Below are positions 18,190 to 27,152 of a DNA stretch of 64,000 bases, one piece after another. Origin of the DNA: Anaerolineae bacterium (lineage in GTDB: Bacteria; Chloroflexota; Anaerolineae; Aggregatilineales; Aggregatilineaceae); assembly GCA_034437275.1 (NCBI GenBank), contig DAOTUD010000185.1:17702-81701 (forward strand), written 5' to 3'. Position 1 is the first letter of the stretch. Each line of letters starts with the position of its first letter. The position numbers and the translations under genes were made by a program. The notes below the pieces were generated by a model. It did no database searches. It was not told the origin of the DNA and was given only the letters and a program-made list of their open reading frames with translations.

Positions 18190-19635
18190 ATGCTCGATAT
18201 TGCAACTATTCGTGAAAACCCCGACGAGGTAAAACGCCAGCTTCGCAACCTGAACGACGAAGAGGCCATTCCCCGCATCGATTCGATTCTGGCGTTAGAC
18301 CAGCGGCGTCGTGAGTTGATCACGACGGTCGAGCAGATCAAGGCCAACCGCAACAAGCTCAACAAGCAGATGGGACGCTTCCGGGGCAACAAGTCGCTGT
18401 CGCCCGCGCAGACCATCGGCGGGGCCAGGCGCGCGGCCCAGGCGCTCGATGCCGGGGATATCGACGGCTTCCTGGCGGCGCTGGCCGATCCGCAGCCGCT
18501 GCCCGGCGAAAGCGATGAGTCGGAGGAGGCGGTCAAGGTCGCGCTGGACACGCTGACCGACAGCATGAAGAACCTCGGCCAGCGCGTCAACGAGCTTGAC
18601 GAGGAGATTCGCGAGGTTGAGGCGCAGCTTGAGGAGCATATGCTGTGGATTCCTAACATGCCACACGAGAGCGTGCCGGTCGGCCTCAGCGAAGAGGACA
18701 ACGTGATCCACGACGCGGAGGGCGAACCGCGCTCCTTCGACTTCCAGCCGCAGCCCCATTGGGATCTCGGGCCGGCGCTGGACATCATCGACTTCGAGCG
18801 CGGGGTGAAGCTCTCCGGCACGCGCTTCTACGTCCTCAAGCGCATGGGCGCACGCCTGTACCGGGCGATGATCGCCTGGCTGATGGATGTGCACACCACG
18901 CAGCACGGCTACACCGAGGTGTACCCGCCGTTTATGGTGCGCGAGGAGGCGATGTTCGGCTCGGCGCAGTTCCCCAAGTTCCGGGACGTGGTATATTTCG
19001 ACGATGAGTCGCAGCTTTATATGCTGCCGACGGCGGAGGTCGCGCTGACGAACATGCACGCCGACGAGATCTTCGACGAGGCCGCGCTGCCGGTGAACTA
19101 CGTCGCGCATACGCCGTGCTTCCGCCGCGAGAAATTCAGTGCCGGGCGCGACACGCGCGGGATCAAGCGGGTGCACCAGTTCGAGAAGGTTGAACTGTAC
19201 AAGTTCACCACGCCGGAGACCAGCTACGACGCGCTCGAAGAACTGGTCCAGCACGCGGAGAACGTGTGCCGCCTGTTGGACATTCCCTTCCGGCGCAACG
19301 AAATGGTGACCGGTGATCTGGGCTTTTCCGCCGCCAAGAAGTTCGACCTGGAAATGTGGGCCCCCGGCAGCGGGGAATGGCTGGAGGTCAGCTCGTGCAG
19401 CAACACCGAAGCCTTCCAGGCGCGCCGCGCCAACATCCGCTACCGGCCCGACGGCGGCGGCAAGCCCCGCTATGTGCACACCCTCAACGGGTCGGGCCTG
19501 GGCATGGTGCGCGCGCTGATCGCCGTGCTGGAGAACTACCAGCAGCGCGATGGCAGCGTGGTGGTGCCGGCTGTGCTGCGCCCGTACATGGGCGGGCTGG
19601 AAGTGATCGCGCCGCAGGGCCAGGTTCAAACGTAA
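18190..19635 (+). CDS. serS: Seryl-tRNA synthetase
   Basis: 481 aa. N-terminal coiled-coil arm and class II core (FRRE, GSGLGMVRALIAVLENYQ). Confidence 0.9.
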   Translation: MLDIATIRENPDEVKRQLRNLNDEEAIPRIDSILALDQRRRELITTVEQIKANRNKLNKQMGRFRGNKSLSPAQTIGGARRAAQALDAGDIDGFLAALADPQPLPGESDESEEAVKVALDTLTDSMKNLGQRVNELDEEIREVEAQLEEHMLWIPNMPHESVPVGLSEEDNVIHDAEGEPRSFDFQPQPHWDLGPALDIIDFERGVKLSGTRFYVLKRMGARLYRAMIAWLMDVHTTQHGYTEVYPPFMVREEAMFGSAQFPKFRDVVYFDDESQLYMLPTAEVALTNMHADEIFDEAALPVNYVAHTPCFRREKFSAGRDTRGIKRVHQFEKVELYKFTTPETSYDALEELVQHAENVCRLLDIPFRRNEMVTGDLGFSAAKKFDLEMWAPGSGEWLEVSSCSNTEAFQARRANIRYRPDGGGKPRYVHTLNGSGLGMVRALIAVLENYQQRDGSVVVPAVLRPYMGGLEVIAPQGQVQT

Positions 19636-19661
19636 TATTAACGCGGGGCTGGTATAATAGC

Positions 19662-20043
19662 GGCAGGCTCAAGTCGACCGGGTGATCGCGCCCTGCCACG
19701 CGGCAGGGTGAGGAAAGTCCGCGCTCCACAGGGCACGGTGCTGGCTAACGGCCAGGCGGGGTAACCCGACGGCATAGTGCAACAGAGAGGTGTATTGCCT
19801 CCGCCCATTGGGCGCGAGGTGAGGGTGAAACGGTGCGGTAAGCGCGCACCGGCGCCGGTGGTGACATCGGCGGCCAGGCAAACCCCACCGGGAGCAATAC
19901 CAAGCAGGAACCAGGGGCGGCCCGTCCCGTTATGAGTTCCGGGTCGGTTGCTAGAGATGGCGGGTAACCGTCATCCTAGATAGATGATCACCACCTGCCA
20001 CCGCAGGTACAGAACGCGGCTTACAGGCTGGCTTGAGTCTGCG
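19662..20043 (+). ncRNA. rnpB: RNase P RNA, bacterial type A
   Basis: Universal GAGGAAAGUCCG (about 19712), and the 3' conserved ACAGAACGCGGCUUACAG. P1 pairing of GCAGGCUCAAGUC with GGCUUGAGUCUGC. A TATAAT box at 19653-19658 lies just upstream. Confidence 0.9.
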
Positions 20044-20068
20044 CCATGTTTGTTAAAGGTAACGGATT

Positions 20069-20776
20069 ATGATCAAAGGATATCTTATTCTCAACGGCGG
20101 CGAAGCATTCTCGGCACGCAGCAGGCAAACCGACCACAACTGGTTGCAACTGGTGCGCGGGAATGAGCGCCCCCGGGTTGCCATCGTTCCGACGGCTGCC
20201 GTCCAAAACCCGGAGCGCGAGGCCAGCAAAATCGCGCGTTACTTCAAAAACCTCAGCGCACATACCGAACTCAGCCTGATCAAAAACCAGCAAGACGCCA
20301 ACACCCGCCTGAACTACGAAGTGCTGGATAAGGTGAGCGCGATTGTGCTGCCCGATGGCAGTCCGCTTGATCTCGTCGAGCGCCTGCAAGGCACCAAAAC
20401 CGAGGACGCGCTGCACCGCGCGCTGCGGCGCAAGGCGGCGGTCATGGCGACCGGGGCGAGTGCGATGGCGCTGGGGGCGATGTATTGGTTTGCGAACGAC
20501 TGGGAAAGCGGGCTGGGGCTTGCGCCGCATCTGGCGATTGTGCCCCATCACAACCTGGTCCAGATGCGTCTGACGCCCGACATCTTGCTGAAGGATTGTC
20601 CCAATGACGTGACCCTGCTGGGCGTCGACCAGGCGACGTCGTTGATCTGCCATCCGGACGGCAGCTATCACATCGATGGCTATGGGGCTGTCACGGTCTA
20701 CCGCGATGTCGAGATGCAGGATGTGTACCCTGCCGGGGAAAGCTTCCGGCTGCCGGAGGATTCCACGCCGGCCTAA
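20069..20776 (+). CDS. Peptidase S51 / cyanophycinase-like (type 1 glutamine-amidotransferase-like fold) protein
   Basis: 235 aa. Pattern LILNGGE...VAIVPTAA...VLPDGSP...ATGASAMALG resembles the cyanophycinase/peptidase E layout, with a Ser nucleophile position. Confidence 0.55.
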   Translation: MIKGYLILNGGEAFSARSRQTDHNWLQLVRGNERPRVAIVPTAAVQNPEREASKIARYFKNLSAHTELSLIKNQQDANTRLNYEVLDKVSAIVLPDGSPLDLVERLQGTKTEDALHRALRRKAAVMATGASAMALGAMYWFANDWESGLGLAPHLAIVPHHNLVQMRLTPDILLKDCPNDVTLLGVDQATSLICHPDGSYHIDGYGAVTVYRDVEMQDVYPAGESFRLPEDSTPA

Positions 20777-20798
20777 CCACCATAGACCGCACAACAAA

Positions 20799-20830
20799 CA
20801 GCGCCGGGAACGTTGCCGCTTCCGGCGCTG
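20799..20830. terminator. Bidirectional terminator between convergent S51-like gene and leuS
   Basis: Stem cagcgccggGaa / ttccggcgctg, flanked by A-rich and T-rich runs. Confidence 0.55.
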
Positions 20831-20874
20831 TTGTGTATTCATATCTTCACAATATCGCGTGATGGCGTTAGCAG

Positions 20875-23664
20875 TTAGACTACGATATTCACCATGCCGC
20901 GATTGCCGATGTAGATCACTTTGCGCGGCGCTTTGCCGTCCATGTGGCGCTTGGCTCCGTCGGATTCCAGCGCCAGTTGCTTGGCGTCCTCTTCGGAGAT
21001 ATCGGCGGGCACCTGGATGCGGTCGCGGACCTTGCCGTTGACCTGCACCACCAGCGTGATTTCCTCCTCCGCCGCGATCTCGGGGTCGAACGCCGGCCAC
21101 GGCTGGCTGTGGACGCTGTATGCGTGGCCGATGCGCTCCCACAGCTCTTCGGCGATGAATGGCGTGAAGGGGGCCATCAGCACCAGCATCGTGCCCAGCG
21201 CATCGCCCCAGGCCTGCGGGCTGACGTTGTTGGCGCGCTGCACGTCTTGCAGCGTGTTCTTCAGCTCCATCAGGCCGGCGACGGCAGTGTTGAACCCGAA
21301 CGTCTCCAGGCTATCCGACACCTTTTCAATCGTCTGGTGGACCCGGCGCGCCAGGTCACGCTCGGCCTTGTCGTCGACTTTGCCATCCGGCGTATCTGCT
21401 GTGGCCAGCGCCCACACGTCGTGCAGCCAGCGTACCACGCCCTGCATACCCTGGCTGTCCCAGGGGCCGCCCTGCTCCCAGCGGAAGGCGAACATCAGGT
21501 ACGCGCGCACCGCGTCGGCTCCGTATTCCTCGACCAACTCGTCCGGCGCGACGACGTTGCCCTTGCTCTTGGACATCTTCTCGGCTTCCAGCCGGTAGTA
21601 GACATCTTCCACCGTAGCACCTTCGCCCACGCGCGGAATCTCGAACACGGTGTCGTCGGTGGTGCTCACCACCAGCGAGCGCCCGTCCGGCGTCTGGACC
21701 TTCAGCACCATTTCGGTACGCGCCATCACCTCGCCGGCGACCTGGTTCGCGCCGGGCTGCGGCAGGGCTTCGGGTGTCGCCATCACCTTGACGTGCGAGG
21801 CGTGCAGTTTTTCGCCCTGGAACTCGCCGGTTGCCACGATCAGGTCCCCGTCGCGCGGCTCGCCCAGGATCATGCCCTGGTTGAACAGCGCGGTCATCGG
21901 CTCGTCGAACAGGTGCTCGGTGTCGCGCCCCATCGTGCGGGCGATGGCCTCGGCCTCGTCGAAGATGCCGCAGTCGCGCATCGCCTTTGTAAAGAAGCGG
22001 GTATAGATCAGGTGCATGGTGGCGTGCTCGATGCCGCCGGTGTACTGGTCGACCGGCAGCCAGTACGCGCCCTCGCGCGGGTCGAACGGGCCGCCGTCGT
22101 AGTCCGGGCTTAGATAGCGGTACTGGTACCAGGACGAACACATGAAGGTGTCCATCGTGTCCGTCTCGCGGTGGGCCGGGCCGCCACACTGCGGACAGGT
22201 CGTGTGCAGGAAGTCCTCGTTATATTTCAGCGGGCTTTCGCCGGTCGGCTTGAAGTCGATATCATCGGGCAGCAGTACCGGCAGGTCTTCCTCCGGCACC
22301 GGGACCGCGCCGCACTTGTCGCAGTACACGATCGGGATCGGCGCGCCCCAGTAGCGCTGGCGGCTGATCAGCCAGTCGCGCAGGCGGTAATTGACCGCAC
22401 CGTGCCCGATGCCCTGTTCTTCCAGCCATTCCGTGACCACGCGGACCGCCTCGTTTTTGGTGCCGTCTGCGCTGTAGCGGGCGGGCGTGCCGTCGAACTG
22501 GCCGCTGTTGACCATCACGCCCTCGCCGGGCCAGGCTGCGGTCATGTTGTCGGGATTCAGGTCGTCGACGCCTTCCGGCTGGATCACGATGCGGATCGGC
22601 AGATCGAACTGCCGCGCAAATTCGAAATCGCGCTGATCGTGGGCGGGTACGGCCATGATCGCGCCGCTGCCGTAGCTGATCAGCACGTAGTCCGCGATCC
22701 AGATCGGGATGCGTTCGTTGTTGACCGGGTTGATCGCGTAGCCGCCGGTGAAGACGCCGGTTTTTTCTTTGCCCTCGGCGGTGCGGTCGATCTCGGACTT
22801 GCGCGCGGCCTGGGCGACGTACTCGTCGACCTCGGCGCGGTTTTCCGCCGTGGTCACTTTGTCCACCAGCGGGTGCTCCGGGGCCAGCACCATGAAGGTC
22901 GCGCCCCACAGCGTATCGGGCCGCGTGGTGAAAACTTCCATCGAATCGCCGTCTTCGGTCTTGAAGACCACGTGCGCGCCTTCGCTGCGTCCGATCCAGT
23001 TGGTCTGCATCGTCTTGACGCGCTCCGGCCAGTCGATCTGGCTGTGGTCCAGCAGTTCTTCGGCGTAATTGGTCGTGCGGAAGAACCACTGCTCCAGGTC
23101 CTTCTTGATCACGGGCGTGCCGCAGCGCTCGCAGTGGCGATCCTCGCCCCAGACCTGCTCGCGGGCCAGGGTCGTGTTGCAGCGCGGGCAGAAGTCAACC
23201 GCCGACAGATGCCGGTAGGCCAGCCCGGTGTGGTAGAACTGCAGGAAAAACCACTGCGTCCACTTGTAGTAGGACGGATCGCTGGTGACCGTTTCGCGCT
23301 CCCAGTCGAAGATGGCGCCCATCGTTTTCAACTGGTGGCGCATGCGCTTGATGTTCTGCGCGGTCCACGTCTTGGGGTGAATGTTGCGCTGGATTGCGGC
23401 GTTTTCTGCCGGCAGCCCAAACGCATCAAAGCCCATTGGGAACAGGACGTTGTAGCCCTTCATCTGCAGCCACCGCGCGCGCGCATCGGATGGGGTCATC
23501 GCGTACCAGTGCCCGATGTGCAGATCGCCGCTGGGATAGGGCAGCATCGTCAGCGCGTAGAACTTCGGCCTGTCTTCATCCACTACCGAACGATACAGCC
23601 CGTCGCTTTCCCAACGTGTTTGCCATTTAGGTTCGATTTCTTGCGGGTGATATTTGTCAGCCAT
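20875..23664 (-). CDS. leuS: Leucyl-tRNA synthetase
   Basis: 929 aa. HIGH motif (DLHIGHWY), KMSKS (KMSKSKGN), CP1 editing domain, zinc-type CxxC pairs. Confidence 0.95.
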   Translation of the reverse strand: MADKYHPQEIEPKWQTRWESDGLYRSVVDEDRPKFYALTMLPYPSGDLHIGHWYAMTPSDARARWLQMKGYNVLFPMGFDAFGLPAENAAIQRNIHPKTWTAQNIKRMRHQLKTMGAIFDWERETVTSDPSYYKWTQWFFLQFYHTGLAYRHLSAVDFCPRCNTTLAREQVWGEDRHCERCGTPVIKKDLEQWFFRTTNYAEELLDHSQIDWPERVKTMQTNWIGRSEGAHVVFKTEDGDSMEVFTTRPDTLWGATFMVLAPEHPLVDKVTTAENRAEVDEYVAQAARKSEIDRTAEGKEKTGVFTGGYAINPVNNERIPIWIADYVLISYGSGAIMAVPAHDQRDFEFARQFDLPIRIVIQPEGVDDLNPDNMTAAWPGEGVMVNSGQFDGTPARYSADGTKNEAVRVVTEWLEEQGIGHGAVNYRLRDWLISRQRYWGAPIPIVYCDKCGAVPVPEEDLPVLLPDDIDFKPTGESPLKYNEDFLHTTCPQCGGPAHRETDTMDTFMCSSWYQYRYLSPDYDGGPFDPREGAYWLPVDQYTGGIEHATMHLIYTRFFTKAMRDCGIFDEAEAIARTMGRDTEHLFDEPMTALFNQGMILGEPRDGDLIVATGEFQGEKLHASHVKVMATPEALPQPGANQVAGEVMARTEMVLKVQTPDGRSLVVSTTDDTVFEIPRVGEGATVEDVYYRLEAEKMSKSKGNVVAPDELVEEYGADAVRAYLMFAFRWEQGGPWDSQGMQGVVRWLHDVWALATADTPDGKVDDKAERDLARRVHQTIEKVSDSLETFGFNTAVAGLMELKNTLQDVQRANNVSPQAWGDALGTMLVLMAPFTPFIAEELWERIGHAYSVHSQPWPAFDPEIAAEEEITLVVQVNGKVRDRIQVPADISEEDAKQLALESDGAKRHMDGKAPRKVIYIGNRGMVNIVV

Positions 23665-23843
23665 CGCTGTTTTCTAGCTCCATGCATTCAGGTCTCTCAC
23701 CACAAACTGGATAACGAAACATGCTGCTCATGCTCGCGGCCCGTTGCTCCGACAACGGCGGACCGCGAAAAGGCAGTATACACATTCTGGATAATAACCG
23801 GCCATATTGCAGAGCATGTCGTCCTCCACATCGGATACAGGCC

Positions 23844-23880
23844 TATAATAATAACAAGCCCCTGGGTATTCACCAGGGGC
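23844..23880 (-). terminator. Rho-independent terminator upstream of leuS
   Basis: On the minus strand: gcccctgg-tgaatac-ccaggggc followed by UUGUUAUUAUUAUA. Confidence 0.55.
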
Positions 23881-24285
23881 CACGCAATTATACACAACGG
23901 GGGGCCGCTGATGAGGCAAGGATCACGCCTTGCGCGGCACCCCGTACAGGATGATTAGCTATTCAGGCCAGCATACACACATCCCCGATTAACGCCGGGG
24001 CGGCTCGTCTGTGCGCACTGGAACAGGAGCAGGGGCAGGCCGCGAATGCGCGAGCGCATCAAGAAGTCGATCAAGCAGTTCAGAGATCCGTTTTGCTAAC
24101 GAGCGCCGGTCGGTGTTCTTGGCCACGATAAAGCCCCTTTGCTGTTACAGTCGAACGCAGACGGTATGTGTCGTTCCTTACTTTAAATGTACACCAAAAT
24201 TCACCAATATAACTACCCAAAAATGGGGGGTGAGCAAACTTTAACAAGTTTTTAATGTTGCGCGCCATCTGCCGGCGGGCACCAG

Positions 24286-24319
24286 CTAAAACAAAGTCCC
24301 CTATGCCCGGTCAGGGACT
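24286..24319 (-). terminator. Rho-independent terminator of tRNA-Ala
   Basis: On the minus strand: AGUCCCU-loop-AGGGGACU followed by UUUGUUUUAG, 28 nt after the tRNA 3' end. Confidence 0.6.
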
Positions 24320-24346
24320 ACAGAGGACGATGGTGGGTGATTATGT

Positions 24347-24422
24347 TGGTGGACCTGAAGGGGCTCGAACCCTTGGCCTCCACAATGCCATTGTGGCGCT
24401 CTCCCAGCTGAGCTACAGGCCC
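24347..24422 (-). tRNA. tRNA-Ala (anticodon GGC)
   Basis: The reverse complement GGGCCUGUAGCUCAGCUGGGAGAGCGCCACAAUGGCAUUGUGGAGGCCAAGGGUUCGAGCCCCUUCAGGUCCACCA folds as a cloverleaf. It has the G3:U70 Ala identity pair, anticodon loop AUGGCAU and an encoded CCA. Confidence 0.95.
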
Positions 24423-24466
24423 AACTCGTAGTGCTGACGGCGGACCTTGCCGCCGTCGCAGCCCAC

Positions 24467-24495
24467 ATTCTAGCCGGGTCGCGGGTGATTGTCAA
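24467..24495 (-). promoter_or_regulatory. Sigma-70-like promoter of tRNA-Ala
   Basis: Minus strand reads TTGACA-17 nt-TAGAAT, ending about 45 nt upstream of the tRNA 5' end. Confidence 0.65.
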
Positions 24496-24680
24496 GTCCC
24501 TTTCGGCTGCCGGAGCCGGTAGGACCGGCGTGTGTGCGGGATGTATGCGACCGGATGCGCTCAGAGCCGCCTGGGGCGCTGCGGGCGATAAATTACTCCT
24601 GATAAGTTGCATTATCACGACTAATTCGCTTAAAGCGCCATTTTGAGGCGCAGAGAGCCTATCACGCTGCGAATGAGCGT

Positions 24681-25499
24681 TTAGGGGAGTGAATCGTCGA
24701 TATCTGGCTGGAGGGCGGCCCACTCTGCGAGGTGTGTGACAAACGCTGTATGGTGATCAGGCAGCACCAACACCGCCGGAGTGACGTACATCGTCGCCAG
24801 CCAACGGTCCATCACTTCCTGCGTGCCGAAGTCGGCGTTCCAGAACTGGCCGGGGCGGCCATAACGCACTTCCAGATGCAGGTGGATTTCTTCGGAGTAG
24901 CCGGTATTGCCCACCACGCCGATCAGGTCATCGGCGGTTACGTAATCGCCCAGGCTGACCACGTCGCGGTTCAGGTGGGCGTACATCACGTAGATCGAGA
25001 TGTTAGGGCTGTATGGGGTTTCGACGACTACCATCCCGCCAAAGCCGAAATTGTATTTCGGCAATTTCGACCTGATGCAGCCCTGCGCGTCACCATCGAC
25101 GAAACACGGCACGCACGCTGAGCGCGCCGTCACGTAGCCCGAGCCGATCGAATGCACCCAGGTGTCCTTACCCTGCAAATAATCGCCCGGCGTGGTGTAA
25201 TCAATGCCATAGTGTGGTCCGGCGTGCAGCGGGTCCATAAACAGCCCACCTGCGGGGATAATGTACTCATCCAGGGGCCGCCGCGTGAAGCCCGCCAGCG
25301 GATCGTCGGGGTTGTCACGGGTAATGTAGTTGCCATGCGCCGGGTTGTCCAGCCCGGTGTAGCCCCGCAGTGGGACGGGTGGCGCGTCGGGTTGGGGCGT
25401 GGGCGGGTCCTTCGGGCCGGGGTAAGCGGCGGCAGCGTGTGAGGCCACGACTATTCCTGTGATGGTGATGGCGATGAGTGCCAGGAATATTTTGCGCAT
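24681..25499 (-). CDS. Secreted M23-family (LytM-like) metallopeptidase
   Basis: Signal peptide MRKIFLALIAITITGIVVASHAAAA. M23 motifs HYGIDY and GNTGYSEEIHLHLEV. Confidence 0.85.
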   Translation of the reverse strand: MRKIFLALIAITITGIVVASHAAAAYPGPKDPPTPQPDAPPVPLRGYTGLDNPAHGNYITRDNPDDPLAGFTRRPLDEYIIPAGGLFMDPLHAGPHYGIDYTTPGDYLQGKDTWVHSIGSGYVTARSACVPCFVDGDAQGCIRSKLPKYNFGFGGMVVVETPYSPNISIYVMYAHLNRDVVSLGDYVTADDLIGVVGNTGYSEEIHLHLEVRYGRPGQFWNADFGTQEVMDRWLATMYVTPAVLVLPDHHTAFVTHLAEWAALQPDIDDSLP

Positions 25500-25608
25500 G
25501 ACGAGTCCCATTCAATTTGCCGGAAGTTCCAAATCATACTATAAGATAAAGTCAAGATCACGTCCAGCTTAACCATCATCCGGCCAGTCAGAGTATGAGG
25601 AGCACATT

Positions 25609-25899
25609 ATGTCGCGCAAAGCGTTAGCGTCTATCGTCAGTCGCGCCCTGACCGACGAAGAATTCCGCAGCCAGTTACTCAGCGATCTCGAGACCGCCCT
25701 GTCCGACTACAATCTGAGCGACAACGAGCAGCAGATGGTCAGCAAGCTTGATGCCGAAGCCTTCGACGAGTTGACGATGGATCTGGAGGCCCGGCAGTCC
25801 AAGAGTGGATTCCTGGGCAGCCTGTCCATGCTCGGCTCCAAAGATGCGGTTGATGCCGGTACGCTGCTTGACCTGCTGAACAACAAATACGGCAGCTAA
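25609..25899 (+). CDS. Small protein with NHLP/Nif11-like leader-type N-terminus
   Basis: 96 aa. MSRKALASIVSRALTDEEFRSQLLSDLETALSDYNLSDNE resembles nitrile-hydratase-leader-peptide-clan N-termini. RBS GAGGAG upstream and a terminator downstream. Confidence 0.55.
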   Translation: MSRKALASIVSRALTDEEFRSQLLSDLETALSDYNLSDNEQQMVSKLDAEAFDELTMDLEARQSKSGFLGSLSMLGSKDAVDAGTLLDLLNNKYGS

Positions 25900-25937
25900 A
25901 CGACGGCTGACCCGGCCCATCCCATCCGACAAAAACC

Positions 25938-25973
25938 GGGCATACCCCGCGTGGCGTATGCCCGTGCTTTTTG
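25938..25973. terminator. Terminator between convergent genes
   Basis: Hairpin gggcatac-N10-gtatgccc followed by gtgcttttt; an A-run lies on the other side. Confidence 0.6.
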
Positions 25974-25990
25974 CCTGATTTTCGCGGCGT

Positions 25991-26941
25991 CTATTCCCGC
26001 ACCGGGGGCGGGATCACGAGTTCCTGGCCCACCTGGATAATCGGGGTGTCGCCATACATGGGCAGATTGTTGGCCGCGATGATGTCCTCGGGAGACACGC
26101 CGGGATACTGTTGGGCGATGCCAAAGACTGTTTCCCCTGCTTTGACGGTATGCCGCACCTTGCCATCAACCGGGACCGGGCTGGCCGTTACCGGCTGCGC
26201 AGTGGCCAGGTCAATGGGTGGCGCTTCCGTCGCGGCGGGCGTGCTGGTGCTGCTCACACAGCCGGGCAGTTGCAATTCCCATCCGGGCTGGATCAGGTCG
26301 CTAAAGCCGATCAGCGACGAGTTGGCCGCGCGCAGGTCGTCCAGCTCGACCTCATTGTCCTCGGCGATAGAGAACAGCGTGTCGCCCCCCTGCACCACAT
26401 AGACACACGGGTCTTCCTGGATCATGGTGGTCGGGGTGGGTTCCAGGTCGGAAGCGGGCGGCGGGGATGGGATCGGCGTTGGCGAAGGCAGCAGATCGCT
26501 GCGGCTCGGCGTGACGATGCCCGGCGACGTTGCGGTCAGGTCGGCAGGTTTAGGAGTGAAGCTGGGCTGCACCTGGGGCGAGGCGTCAATCGGCACGACG
26601 GCGATGGTACTGGTGGCCCCGGGTTTGGTGGGGGTCGGCACCAGCGTCTTGGTCGCCAGTGCGCTGGCGGGCGTGTCGGGCAGATCAGCGGACGGTTCGG
26701 TCGGTGTCCCGGTCGGCGGGTTGGCGTCTGTGCTCAGCGCGCCCAGGTCGCCGTCAGCCGAGGGGGACGCGGTCAGCGTCGGCGGCACCGGTGTCGACGT
26801 GCTGGTGCTGATATCGTTCAAATCAACCCGGTTAGGGCGGGTCGGCTCGACATTCTCCCCCGCATCCTTATAACAAGCCGTAGCTCCCAGCCCAACCAGC
26901 AGGAGTATCGCTGCCAATAACCATCTTTTTTGGGTGCACAT
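25991..26941 (-). CDS. Secreted protein with two LysM domains and a long Pro/Thr/Ser linker
   Basis: Signal or lipoprotein-like N-terminus LLLVGLGATAC. LysM repeats YVVQGGDTLFSIAEDNEV...LQLPG and HTVKAGETVFGIAQQY...GQELVIP. Confidence 0.85.
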   Translation of the reverse strand: MCTQKRWLLAAILLLVGLGATACYKDAGENVEPTRPNRVDLNDISTSTSTPVPPTLTASPSADGDLGALSTDANPPTGTPTEPSADLPDTPASALATKTLVPTPTKPGATSTIAVVPIDASPQVQPSFTPKPADLTATSPGIVTPSRSDLLPSPTPIPSPPPASDLEPTPTTMIQEDPCVYVVQGGDTLFSIAEDNEVELDDLRAANSSLIGFSDLIQPGWELQLPGCVSSTSTPAATEAPPIDLATAQPVTASPVPVDGKVRHTVKAGETVFGIAQQYPGVSPEDIIAANNLPMYGDTPIIQVGQELVIPPPVRE

Positions 26942-27152
26942 TGTTACGTCTCTCCTTCATATCCCCGCTGCCCACGAGCATACACCGAACGCCGGGTTTA
27001 TACAATGTACGGCCTTCATCTGTGCGGCGTCAACGGCCCATTCACACCGTGGCCTGTTGCAAACGCTTCTCACATCTTCTATAGTTGATTCTGTTCGGCT
27101 TATAGACGATATCGCCGAGTCAAATTGAGGGGCCGAACACAGGAAGGTATTG

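Noticed and set aside
17532-18821. 429-aa minus-strand ORF
   Set aside because: It runs across the T-box leader, the small ORF and the serS 5' end. The sequence is Ser/Arg-rich junk, while the opposite-strand features are strongly supported.
20875-23664. LeuS is long (929 aa); considered an unusual insertion
   Set aside because: The extra length lies between the QGMILGE region and KMSKS. That is the known variable leucine-specific/insertion region of bacterial LeuS, so it is probably ordinary lineage variation.
23665-23843. Looked for a T-box or other leader upstream of leuS
   Set aside because: There is no GGUGGNACC-type T-box sequence on the minus strand. Only a GC-rich hairpin of unclear significance is present, which is not enough to call a riboswitch.
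18295-23958. Long antisense ORFs opposite serS (18295-19629), the S51-like gene (20021-21142) and leuS (20944-22113, 22171-23958, 22262-23089)
   Set aside because: All overlap confidently identified genes on the other strand and lack motifs.
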